IMG/VR virus record: IMGVR_UViG_3300014656_000030
Coordinates: 1-59,773 of that record
Strand: one strand, 5' to 3'
DNA: 59,773 nt
From: a virus
Taxonomy: Duplodnaviria > Caudoviricetes
Under the pieces are notes generated by a model. The model saw only the letters and a list, made by a program, of their open reading frames with translations. It had not been told where the DNA came from and did not search any database. Shown piece after piece: positions 38,416 to 47,653 of this stretch. Within the stretch, counting starts at the first letter, position 1. The number at the start of each line of letters is the position of its first letter. The translations under genes and the position numbers were made by a program.

Positions 38416-39377
38416 TATATTTCCTTACTATGAACTTCCTTCCATAACTTTGCCCCATTTATTGGAACTGTTCCTGATTCCCCGATAACCATGCCTGCGG
38501 CAATGTTTGCAATATCCGCAGCATCAATGATACTATACCCAGAACACATGCACGCAGCAACGACCGCTAGAACAGTATCCCCAGCCCCAGTTACGTCAAA
38601 TACGGTCTTTGCTTTCGTATGTAAGTACTTCCCGCATTCGACACCATCGTCAGTTATTATCATCATACCATCAGGACCCATGGTGACGATAATGGCCCCT
38701 AACTTATATTTTTCCTTAGCTTCCAGAGCCAACTTTGCAACAGATTCATGATTTGGTGCCGTTTTCAACATGGCCCGTTCAAGTTCACGCACATTCGGTT
38801 TTATTACATCGCACCCACGTACCCCATCCCAGCAATGTCGCTTAGTATCAACAAATGATTTGACTCCCTTCTTTTTGGCCTCATTTATCAGCATTTGCAG
38901 GACGTCATCGTTCAGAAAACCTTTATTGTAATCTGATATAATAACAGCATTAGTTCCTTCCAGCACCTCATCTACATTAAGTTCCGCACTGCAATTCTCC
39001 CCCCACCGTTCATCATCAATCCTAAGTATGTGCTGGGAACCGGCCATCGCACGAGTTTTCGTAGTAGTGCGGCGGGTAACATCCATTACTATACGCCCAT
39101 TCATCCTATCCTCAGAATTGATAATGCTCAGAATATCCATCCCAGAACGGTCTTCACCCACCACACCAAATAATTTTACCATACATCCAAGACCTATTAT
39201 ATTTGAAGCTACGTTACCAGCCCCGCCAAGCATCTTAGCGCGTACCCTCTCCAGCAATATAGGAACTGGAGCCTCTGGAGATATCCTGTTTACTTTACCA
39301 TGAATGTACACATCAAGCATTACATCCCCCACCACCGATATTGTAATACCATTACTAACAACACTTGGTAAAGTCAT
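38415..39377 (-). CDS. rfaE1: Heptose-7-phosphate kinase (HldE/RfaE domain I, PfkB family)
   Basis: GDVMLD, RISPEAPVP, GGAGNVA, SDYNKG, DVTGAGDT. Confidence 0.9.
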   Translation of the reverse strand: MTLPSVVSNGITISVVGDVMLDVYIHGKVNRISPEAPVPILLERVRAKMLGGAGNVASNIIGLGCMVKLFGVVGEDRSGMDILSIINSEDRMNGRIVMDVTRRTTTKTRAMAGSQHILRIDDERWGENCSAELNVDEVLEGTNAVIISDYNKGFLNDDVLQMLINEAKKKGVKSFVDTKRHCWDGVRGCDVIKPNVRELERAMLKTAPNHESVAKLALEAKEKYKLGAIIVTMGPDGMMIITDDGVECGKYLHTKAKTVFDVTGAGDTVLAVVAACMCSGYSIIDAADIANIAAGMVIGESGTVPINGAKLWKEVHSKEI

Positions 39378-40042
39378 TAAAAACGCTCCAATGTAATAGA
39401 GGTAACAGCCAATGAGTCATATTTTCTATTGTACAAGTCAAATACTGCATCAGCCACCGCTTCAGGACTAATCAGGTTATCCCAATCTTCCCGATGCCGG
39501 ACCATATCAGTTTTCATAGCTCCAGGATAGATACTAAGCACCCGAATGCCGGCAGGACGGCCAACTTTATCCATTGCTTCAGAAAACCCACGCAGACCAA
39601 ATTTCGTGGCACTATACACAGGTTCATTATACGATGAATTCAAACCAGCCACAGAGTTAATGTTAATTATGGCTCCATTTTTACTCTTTTCAAGATAGGG
39701 CCAAGCTATCTGAGTTATCATGATAGGAATCATGAAGTTCACCGAACTAATGACTATGATTTTTTCGCTAGGCATATCCTGCAAAGATTCATCGCTATAT
39801 ACCCCTGCATTATTTACCACCAAATCAACTCCGAACTCGTCAAGCGTCTCATGTATGTTAATAAGCGTAGCGGCCATCGTAAGGTCGCCCCCTATAACGC
39901 GCATAAATGGAACCACGCCATCAACATCGTCAGGAGGGTTTCCGCTCCTACAAGTGAGTATCAACCCAAAACCATCCCTAGCAAATCGTCTGGTCAGGGT
40001 CAAACCAAGCCCTCTGTTGGCACCAGTTATCAACACATTCAT
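39377..40042 (-). CDS. SDR oxidoreductase
   Basis: TGANRGLG, NNAG, YSATK. Confidence 0.92.
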   Translation of the reverse strand: MNVLITGANRGLGLTLTRRFARDGFGLILTCRSGNPPDDVDGVVPFMRVIGGDLTMAATLINIHETLDEFGVDLVVNNAGVYSDESLQDMPSEKIIVISSVNFMIPIMITQIAWPYLEKSKNGAIININSVAGLNSSYNEPVYSATKFGLRGFSEAMDKVGRPAGIRVLSIYPGAMKTDMVRHREDWDNLISPEAVADAVFDLYNRKYDSLAVTSITLERF

Positions 40043-40045
40043 TTC

Positions 40046-41143
40046 TTATCCTCTATGGTTTCTTTGCATGCCATCTTTTTCTTTGTCGTTTACCCTACAA
40101 TCTAATAGCACCTTACCTGCGTTAGGGCCGCGCGCAGTAAATATGGCCTTGTCAACATCCCCAAGACCGTAGGTGTGTGAAACCAGAAGTCCCGGGGTGT
40201 ACTGACCACACTCATACATCGCAATATACCTTGGTATGGCCGCGTACGGTACAGTCAATCCTCCCTGACTGTCCATTATCGTTCTGCCTCGGTAGTCGTG
40301 ATGGCCCATCTTTATAGATATCGGACGGTCGTGATGCGGCTGTCCGACAAGAATCATCCTTCCGTTTTTACCAAGCGCGTCAAACCCACTCTGGATTATC
40401 TCTTCACTTCCGGTGCAGTCTATGAACACATCTACCTCATAGGCTCTCATCGCATCTTCCATATCAGTTTCTTCAAGCGCAACATTCCACACTTGCGTGG
40501 CGCCGCACATACGGGCTCTACCAAGTTTGGCATCATGAATATCAAACGCTAGTATTTCGCCAGCACCAGCGACGGCGGCTCCCATAATAGTGCTGAGACC
40601 CACACCGCCGCACCCGGCGACGGCAACGGATTCTCCTAGCTCAAGCATCGCCTCGTTCTCTATGAGACCGAAACCAGTCGTAATTGCACATCCATATAGA
40701 CAGGCAATATCTAATGGAAAGTTTTCTGGTATAGGAGTTAACCTGTTCTCCGAAACCACAGCCTCAGTACAAAATGTATGAACAGGACCACCACCAACCC
40801 TCTTATAATGAACAAACCCATCTATAGGTTCAACCTTAAAAGCATATCCGGCAGGTTCTGCTTCTATACCCAGACCTTTCCTCCAGTGCATTACTACATG
40901 GTCCCCCACCTTAATATTCCTGACCCCTGTGCCTACAGCCTTCACTATCCCAGACCCCTCATGCCCTAGGCAATGTGGCAGGTATTTATCAGGGCCTTTC
41001 GCCCCAGATATTTCACCTAATTGGGCTCCGCAAATGGCAGAATAATGAACGTCCACTAAAACTTGCCCTATCTTTAGGGGCGGAACTTCTAGCTCTCTAA
41101 TTGCTAATGAGGCATTTAATTTTTCCAATATTGCAGCAATCAT
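40046..41143 (-). CDS. Zn-binding medium-chain dehydrogenase
   Basis: ICG, GHEGSG, GCA..TG, GCGGVG. Confidence 0.9.
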   Translation of the reverse strand: MIAAILEKLNASLAIRELEVPPLKIGQVLVDVHYSAICGAQLGEISGAKGPDKYLPHCLGHEGSGIVKAVGTGVRNIKVGDHVVMHWRKGLGIEAEPAGYAFKVEPIDGFVHYKRVGGGPVHTFCTEAVVSENRLTPIPENFPLDIACLYGCAITTGFGLIENEAMLELGESVAVAGCGGVGLSTIMGAAVAGAGEILAFDIHDAKLGRARMCGATQVWNVALEETDMEDAMRAYEVDVFIDCTGSEEIIQSGFDALGKNGRMILVGQPHHDRPISIKMGHHDYRGRTIMDSQGGLTVPYAAIPRYIAMYECGQYTPGLLVSHTYGLGDVDKAIFTARGPNAGKVLLDCRVNDKEKDGMQRNHRG

Positions 41144-41144
41144 G

Positions 41145-41816
41145 TTAACCCCACCAAAGTAGTTTTTTATAGCCCAAACTCTTCAAGAAAGGTTTTAGTT
41201 TTTCCTCATTGGCTTTCAAATAATCCCATTCCTCTGGTATAAATCCACGCAGTACATTTGCGTCCTGAGCCAAATACGCAGCATTAGTCTCTTTGGCAAC
41301 AGCCCCCACAGAATTTACCTTGGGCCAACCGGCAGAATACAATCTCAAATTTGGCTCAGGTTCCAATCCTACAAATTCCGTCATTTTAACCAAAGCTCTA
41401 TACCTATTGGTATAAGATTGCCCTTTAAGTATATCTACAGGTAATATGAATATAGAGCGCCTAAGGACCAATTCTACCAGTGTTACAAATCCATTTACTA
41501 TGTAAAAGTGCTTCAAATTTGGGTGCCTATTTCGCCGTGTTAATAAAGCCAATAGCGGGTCCCTAACAGGAATTATTGGAGGATATTCGGCAAACAATGA
41601 ATCCAAAGCTTCACTTGACGTAAATTTGTCTGAATCCTCAGTGAATATTTGCTCACCATCCCCAAAATGGGTGTGCACCAATACCGTACCATTCCGTATA
41701 ACCTCAACGTCCCGCAACTCACGAAACTCGTTTACAGTACAATTATTACGCAATATATTTAACACAAACCAAGTTCCTGTGTGTGGTATAGTAGCAACCA
41801 GTATTACTTTAATCAA
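41145..41816 (-). CDS. Sulfotransferase-like P-loop protein
   Basis: TIPHTGT, H.H, VRDP. Confidence 0.6.
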   Translation of the reverse strand: MIKVILVATIPHTGTWFVLNILRNNCTVNEFRELRDVEVIRNGTVLVHTHFGDGEQIFTEDSDKFTSSEALDSLFAEYPPIIPVRDPLLALLTRRNRHPNLKHFYIVNGFVTLVELVLRRSIFILPVDILKGQSYTNRYRALVKMTEFVGLEPEPNLRLYSAGWPKVNSVGAVAKETNAAYLAQDANVLRGFIPEEWDYLKANEEKLKPFLKSLGYKKLLWWG

Positions 41817-42493
41817 AGCAAATCCTTTGCGTTAATTATGGGAAAATCAATAATCGAACTTCCAGGACTAGCATTCAAAATCTCTATACCCATTGCTTTG
41901 GCATCCTCAGCTATACATGGAAACCCACGAAGATGCCTTGAAAAGCCAGGAGGCTTACGATTACTTCCGTGCCCTCCATGCCAATGACTCACTTTGTTGT
42001 CGTCAAGTTGCATGTCAAATCCGAGAAGAAATATGCGCTTGGCCCCAAAGTGAACAGCAAGGTTGATGGCGGCGGCTCCGCTGTTACTATTCCACGACAC
42101 CGCCTGTCTATTTGACGATATGCCCTGACGGTGTTTCTTATCCTTCTCGACATACTTTATCTTATCCTTTGCAAATGCGCCTTCCCTCGGAGCACACGAT
42201 ACTTTTAGACCAGGCCATTCGGCAAGCCGCTTTCTGTGTACAAGATACCATGCACTGTCCCCGAAGAAATCAACATCAATCCAATCACCAATCATATAGG
42301 CATTATTCACACCAACAACATGCTTATCATGAAGGCACTGCATATACTCCGAAAGGTGGTCCGGTGTAAGCTCTCCAGACATCACCTTAGCGACAATCCT
42401 CTCTGGAACATCAAATTGTCGCGCCATAGATGGCCCTCCACCTATTACCCAACAATCGGCATCAGGCCATATCTGTGGCACGTTCCATTTCAT
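41813..42493 (-). CDS. Maf/DUF115-like glycosyltransferase-family protein
   Basis: IGGGPS, VGVN, NSG..AINLA..GAKRI.LLGFD, HWH. Confidence 0.7.
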   Translation of the reverse strand: MKWNVPQIWPDADCWVIGGGPSMARQFDVPERIVAKVMSGELTPDHLSEYMQCLHDKHVVGVNNAYMIGDWIDVDFFGDSAWYLVHRKRLAEWPGLKVSCAPREGAFAKDKIKYVEKDKKHRQGISSNRQAVSWNSNSGAAAINLAVHFGAKRIFLLGFDMQLDDNKVSHWHGGHGSNRKPPGFSRHLRGFPCIAEDAKAMGIEILNASPGSSIIDFPIINAKDLL

Positions 42494-43113
42494 TAGGACA
42501 TTTTCTCCAGAACTTCCGTCGCATCCGACTTATCAAGCGGTCGTGCGTTGAGCGCCTTTTTGGTCGTCGCATTTATCACGTCGAACTTTCCTGGTTTACC
42601 GGGATGCGGAACCACCGCATACGAAGCGGCGTTGGTCACCGGTGCTTCATGAGCGGCAACCGACGGTATTTCAGACAACGGCTTGATAACATCCAAAAAC
42701 GTCACCGGTATCTCCGATGGTCGCGCCATGAAAACCTGATTCGGTTTTATGATTCGTTGGGTCCGTTTTCCGGCAGCGTCCAAGGCCGTCATACGAAAAG
42801 AACCACCACCTATTTTACGCCACGAAATAGGAGCGTCATCATCGGTATTGTCATCAAGGACTTCGACAGGTTTCTGTTCAGGGACTTCAACAGTTTCTGG
42901 TCCAGGAGCCTCTACCGCCTCCTCTTTCGCATCTTCAAATATGGCTTCCACTTCAGCCTCATTATCGGTCTCCTCCGTAACCAATTCGATAAGTTTCTCT
43001 TTCTCCTCGATTTCTTCCGGAGCCTTTTTAACTGAACGCGACCGCGCGGTGGTCGTTCCTTCCTTTTTCTTCGTCATATCAGTAAATCTCCTTCCGCGTA
43101 AATATGATAGCAT
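42493..43113 (-). CDS. Acidic low-complexity protein after capsid gene
   Basis: Glu/Pro/Thr-rich region plus small globular domains. Confidence 0.65.
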   Translation of the reverse strand: MLSYLRGRRFTDMTKKKEGTTTARSRSVKKAPEEIEEKEKLIELVTEETDNEAEVEAIFEDAKEEAVEAPGPETVEVPEQKPVEVLDDNTDDDAPISWRKIGGGSFRMTALDAAGKRTQRIIKPNQVFMARPSEIPVTFLDVIKPLSEIPSVAAHEAPVTNAASYAVVPHPGKPGKFDVINATTKKALNARPLDKSDATEVLEKMS

Positions 43114-43136
43114 GATTAGCTATCAAAACTATTGTT

Positions 43137-44225
43137 CTACGCCCCGTGTACTATTCCGGAACGATTGTTATCATCCGAGCGAACCTGCGGCACGTCGATT
43201 GTGAGCACCTTAAACTTCTTCACGAAGCCACCCTCTTCAGACCATTCAACATTCTGAATCGGAAGGCCGCGAACTATCCGCACAACATCGGTCGTGGTTT
43301 GCACAAGCAGAACGTTACTTGCCGTCAGCTTGTCCACAACGACGATATCCTGAATGTTTGCAATCTGCAATATTCTCTCGCGGATTGTTCTTCCAGTTGC
43401 GGTCGTGGTATCGAAGTCTTTATCCAGAACCGTCTCATAGTTGGTCGGGATAAACAGTGTCCACGGTCCATAATGATAGTCGTCAATCGACGCCTGTTTC
43501 ATTGCTATAACGTCAGCGATGATATTTGCGGCGGTATCAGACGCCCAGGATGTACCGAGGGTGTACGGATTTCTATCCGGATGATTAACGAGCGAATATA
43601 TCGTTCCACCACCAAACGCATAAGACGTATTGGTGAACAGCATCGTCTCTTTATATTCCTCAATCTTCCGAGTCGCTCTTTCAGCGTCCATAGTATCGAT
43701 GGAATTGCCGAGCTTTCGCGAGTTTTCCAATTCGCGAAGGTTTATCTCATAATCCACGTGGATGATGGGAATCGGCAAGTAATGCGTGCTGAACACCGGA
43801 CGGTCGTTAGGACCGCGAGTCACGGCGTCCATCGTCATTACCGCTTCCATCGCATCGCCAGTCTGATGCCACTCAAGCACCGTGGTGCCCATAGCATTTC
43901 CCAGCGCCCATACCAGACCCTTGCCGACAAGGTAGTTAAACCCAGTCAGCCGCTGTTCAGCAATGCCGATAACAGCAAGGTCCAGCGTTTTCCACTCATC
44001 CCGACGGAGAGTTGCATTACCGGTTATTGGTGCGACCGTCCAGTTGCTCTCATCATTATAGTCGCCGCCCTTAAAGACGTTGATGTACGACCGACCGTCT
44101 GAAGGGTCAATAAACGGTTTCAGCGCATTAGCGTTCAGCGCACCAGCTTTTTGGATGTGCTGTGCTATTTCACCCTGCGCACCTCCATCGAGGCTCATAA
44201 AGTCAACATTGATTCTTAAACCCAT
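43137..44225 (-). CDS. Major capsid protein (HK97/encapsulin-like)
   Basis: TLRRDEW..LD, PIPIIH.DY, YG..NHP-like, DDYHYGPW; size and position. Confidence 0.88.
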   Translation of the reverse strand: MGLRINVDFMSLDGGAQGEIAQHIQKAGALNANALKPFIDPSDGRSYINVFKGGDYNDESNWTVAPITGNATLRRDEWKTLDLAVIGIAEQRLTGFNYLVGKGLVWALGNAMGTTVLEWHQTGDAMEAVMTMDAVTRGPNDRPVFSTHYLPIPIIHVDYEINLRELENSRKLGNSIDTMDAERATRKIEEYKETMLFTNTSYAFGGGTIYSLVNHPDRNPYTLGTSWASDTAANIIADVIAMKQASIDDYHYGPWTLFIPTNYETVLDKDFDTTTATGRTIRERILQIANIQDIVVVDKLTASNVLLVQTTTDVVRIVRGLPIQNVEWSEEGGFVKKFKVLTIDVPQVRSDDNNRSGIVHGA

Positions 44226-44250
44226 TCGTTATTTCACCTCCCTTCATAAG

Positions 44251-44709
44251 TTAAACGATTCTCACGCGGCAACGATACGTAGTGTCAGCGCCGCTTGAAC
44301 TGGAGAGGTCAAGTGCCTCTCTCGCTTCGGCAACTATCGAACCTGCTTCCTCAACGAGCGCGCTCGAAGAGCCGCTCCGTTCCTTAAGCCTGCCATTGCC
44401 CGCGGAAACGAGTTTATCGCCTTTCGCTATATTCTCACCGTCGAGAATCAGCGCATAGACCTCGTCGCCCGGCTGACATGCCCACACTCGCGCCTTATCA
44501 TCGACAGCGTAGGCGTCATCAATGCCCTCGCCCTCAAGCGCGTTCTCTATGGCGAACAATTTCGCGGCAGCACCTTCAGCGGTGGAATGCGGCTGAATCG
44601 CATCATCCGAATCAGTCTCAACAAGCATCCCCGGAGTCAGCACCGCAGCGACGTTGTACTCTTCAAAATTGTTACCATAGTTCTTCAGTATAATCGTGTT
44701 GTAAGCCAT
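44251..44709 (-). CDS. Capsid decoration/cement protein
   Basis: TPGMLV, GD.V..L..G..I.KGD.L.SAG.G.L; upstream of capsid gene. Confidence 0.75.
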   Translation of the reverse strand: MAYNTIILKNYGNNFEEYNVAAVLTPGMLVETDSDDAIQPHSTAEGAAAKLFAIENALEGEGIDDAYAVDDKARVWACQPGDEVYALILDGENIAKGDKLVSAGNGRLKERSGSSSALVEEAGSIVAEAREALDLSSSSGADTTYRCRVRIV

Positions 44710-44734
44710 TCAGTTTGTCACCTCCCTTCGCGCA

Positions 44735-46378
44735 TTACTGCGCCTTCTTTTTATTTGCTTCGATTACATGAAGCATCGGTTTCACACCCTGAACCTCATG
44801 ATGTCCGCCTCCGCCCATACCGGAATAGTCACGACGTTTGGCAAGCGCAGACAGCTTCTTGAGTTCCGACGTGTCCTTCACTTCCAAGTCCTTAGCCGTA
44901 TAGCCAGCACCTTCGGCGAACTTCACGATGTTCCCTATCAACTGCTCGCGTTCTGCATTATGCAGACTCTTCGCGTACTCAAACGTCGCCTTATCCTCAG
45001 GCTTCAGCAACCCGACCACATCGTCAAGACCGAGCTTGCCTTTGAGCGCATCCACCGATATTTCTTCATTATTTGTCGTATCGGCTTCGGCATTAGGCGT
45101 CTCCTCCGGCTTTTCCTCTGGCGTTTCATCCACCACCGGAAGCATCTGGCTGAGATGTTCCGCACCGAGGTCCTCGCCGAGTGCCGTCAACTTATCCTTG
45201 TCGGCGTCCGTCCAGCGAGTGAGCTTGTTTGCGATAAGAGCCGTTACAATCTCGGCGCAACCTTCGCATTTCTTCTTTGCGTCCTTTCCCATTTCTTCAC
45301 CTCCTTCATCATTCATCTGTTGTGCAGAAACATAAGTAACATCACGTGCAACCTTCTGCGGTTCACCGTTAAGTTCTACCTTACCGTTATTTACCGCATA
45401 CCCTACCTTATACAACGCGCTGACTCCAGCACCGATAACCTCGTAAACGAACTCATTAGCGAACACGTCCACAAGGTAATATGACCTATCGGGTTCATCC
45501 ATGGAGTTCAGCTTCAATTGGATGGCATCCATCACCTCCCTATATCCGCTCTCGCACGCGGTCATTTTCGTGACCGTGTACCCATTTTTGATAACACCTT
45601 TGATTACTTCCTTACCTAAAACACTCAATGGTTCACCTCCTTCCGAACAGACCCCAAGGCCGCACCCGTCGGCTAGACTACACGCTCCCTCGTGCTCTAT
45701 AAGGATAGCCAGGTGGTCTGGTACATAATTATGTTCTATACCTTCATATTTCTCCGTGCCCCATACGCCTGTTTTCCATTCCTTATCACTGAAATATCCG
45801 GTACTGACCTCTAGAGCCTCACCCATCTGTATAGCAAATAGCACCTCCGGACACGCCTGTCTGAGTCGCGATTCGCTCAGCCATGCCTCCGATATCAACC
45901 TACCATCAAAGTCGGAATTAAACAGCGTTCCTACCGTTATCTCCTGCATGAACTCAGGACTGTTACATGAAACAAACATACCATCTTCATTCGGATGATT
46001 CACGCATACCGGGCGACCATCCCACGCTTCCGGCCTTTTACCGAGTTCCTGCGCTGTATGCAACATCTTACCACCACTACCATTATGAACACCCTCAACA
46101 AGCATCACGACTGGAACCACTATATATGTTTCGCCCATATAGTTCTCGGTACGAACATCATAAGAATTAGCCACGAGCTGATGCACATCCATCTCCGGTA
46201 TCTGGTTACCTACCACGCCGTTAGCCTGGCGTATGGCCTTTGGAGCGCATTCGTCATCCGTTCCGCCGTCGGCAATACAGGAACCAAGAGCAGAGTTGGC
46301 CACCTTCACCCACTGTCGTTTCTGTTTGTCTGAGAGGCCCTTCTTATGTTCCTCAACATCTCCAACTTTCCAAGGCAT
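44735..46378 (-). CDS. Head maturation protease/scaffold (DUF2213-like)
   Basis: EGVHNG, W.G.P..NHP, EVSTG, PDHLAIL..GACS; acidic helical C-terminus. Confidence 0.8.
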   Translation of the reverse strand: MPWKVGDVEEHKKGLSDKQKRQWVKVANSALGSCIADGGTDDECAPKAIRQANGVVGNQIPEMDVHQLVANSYDVRTENYMGETYIVVPVVMLVEGVHNGSGGKMLHTAQELGKRPEAWDGRPVCVNHPNEDGMFVSCNSPEFMQEITVGTLFNSDFDGRLISEAWLSESRLRQACPEVLFAIQMGEALEVSTGYFSDKEWKTGVWGTEKYEGIEHNYVPDHLAILIEHEGACSLADGCGLGVCSEGGEPLSVLGKEVIKGVIKNGYTVTKMTACESGYREVMDAIQLKLNSMDEPDRSYYLVDVFANEFVYEVIGAGVSALYKVGYAVNNGKVELNGEPQKVARDVTYVSAQQMNDEGGEEMGKDAKKKCEGCAEIVTALIANKLTRWTDADKDKLTALGEDLGAEHLSQMLPVVDETPEEKPEETPNAEADTTNNEEISVDALKGKLGLDDVVGLLKPEDKATFEYAKSLHNAEREQLIGNIVKFAEGAGYTAKDLEVKDTSELKKLSALAKRRDYSGMGGGGHHEVQGVKPMLHVIEANKKKAQ

Positions 46379-47394
46379 TATTCGCTTCTCCTCTCCCGCT
46401 CTGCACGCACCTTATCAGTGACATCGATAGGTATCGTACAACATCTGCAATTCGGATGCACCGGAATCAGATTCATCGCTTCACTCGGTTTCACCGGTTT
46501 CTTTCGCGTCTTTATCTCCAGCTTCTTACATATCTTGCATACCCGCCAGTCTTCTGCGGTAACCAGTTCGGCAAGGACATACACATCTTCGACCTCCCAA
46601 TTCATATACTCCTGTATGGTGGCCTGATGATGCGCCCGTATAATCTCAGTCCTTGCCAGCATCCGAGCCCGCTGCCGCGCCGGAATCTTCCGCCCAATAA
46701 CATCGGTGATTCCGAGGTCTCCGTACGGACCTGTTATCGTCCGCACCATCTTTCGCGCCAGTATATTCGGATTATCGCCCTCAGCTATTCCCTGCGCCAG
46801 TATCCTGCTCACCTGCGTGCTCATCTCCGAGGTTATCCCTTTAAGCTCCTCAAACGCTCTGACATACAATATACCCACCCTATCCGCGTGGAACGGGTTA
46901 ATGAGCAGAGAGCCACCAAGTTGCAGTCCTGCCGCACCAGTGGCCTCGGCGAAAGGCGGAACAGTGAAACCCGCGCTGATAAGCTCCTCACGACCACGAC
47001 GCACTCCCTGTTCATACGCCTGACGAATATATGTATCAGTCCAGTTATCATTCAGCGCAGCCCCTATCTGCTGTACCTCATACGTTTCCAATATCCCTTT
47101 TGCAACCATCTCATCCATCCATAACCTAAACGCCGCAATCTTCTCTGGAGAGGTAGGAAAGTCAAAAGTCGAATGTACGGTGACTTTAGAATCGCCAAGT
47201 CCGAGTCTGCGCATGACCTCATCAGCCTCGACTTTTGCCTTCAGACCGAATCCATCCTCATCCACGACCACACGGCGTATCTCCTTACAGAGTTTATCAA
47301 ATCGCCTGCTCATCTCCCGAGCAAAGGCATTTCTAATATAGGTGGTTCGCGTAGGGTCTCGACGGTCGAGCCTATTTAGCGTCAGCGTCGGCAT
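46378..47394 (-). CDS. Head morphogenesis protein (SPP1 gp7/Mu F-like)
   Basis: RA..LARTE, D.RVC..C, P.HPNCRC. Confidence 0.9.
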   Translation of the reverse strand: MPTLTLNRLDRRDPTRTTYIRNAFAREMSRRFDKLCKEIRRVVVDEDGFGLKAKVEADEVMRRLGLGDSKVTVHSTFDFPTSPEKIAAFRLWMDEMVAKGILETYEVQQIGAALNDNWTDTYIRQAYEQGVRRGREELISAGFTVPPFAEATGAAGLQLGGSLLINPFHADRVGILYVRAFEELKGITSEMSTQVSRILAQGIAEGDNPNILARKMVRTITGPYGDLGITDVIGRKIPARQRARMLARTEIIRAHHQATIQEYMNWEVEDVYVLAELVTAEDWRVCKICKKLEIKTRKKPVKPSEAMNLIPVHPNCRCCTIPIDVTDKVRAERERRSE

Positions 47395-47653
47395 TAATCT
47401 CCTTACCGTGTTCAGCGGCTACAAGGTCAAACCTTTTGAATAATTCCGGGATTCCGAAGATATGAAAATCGCTTTCTTCGATGCCTTCCATCGCCGCTTC
47501 CGGGCGATACGTACACTCAATAGTAACGAGTTCACCCACCGCAACGCGCAAATTGAAGGATATCGTGTGCTTCGGCAAACCAAGCGCCTTTACCAACTCT
47601 TTTATGATAGGATGCGTGACTAGAACAGCCATATTATTCCTCCTTTGTTCCAT
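47372..47653 (-). CDS. Hypothetical protein
   Basis: Coupled ORF with RBS. Confidence 0.55.
   Translation of the reverse strand: MEQRRNNMAVLVTHPIIKELVKALGLPKHTISFNLRVAVGELVTIECTYRPEAAMEGIEESDFHIFGIPELFKRFDLVAAEHGKEINADADAK

Noticed and set aside
34083-42493. Host LPS island or chimeric assembly
   Set aside because: Genes are co-oriented and overlap or abut phage head genes at both ends; read mapping would still be a sensible check
43146-47124. Long plus-strand ORFs (43146-44102, 44768-45484, 46240-47124)
   Set aside because: Antisense shadows of capsid, protease and morphogenesis genes
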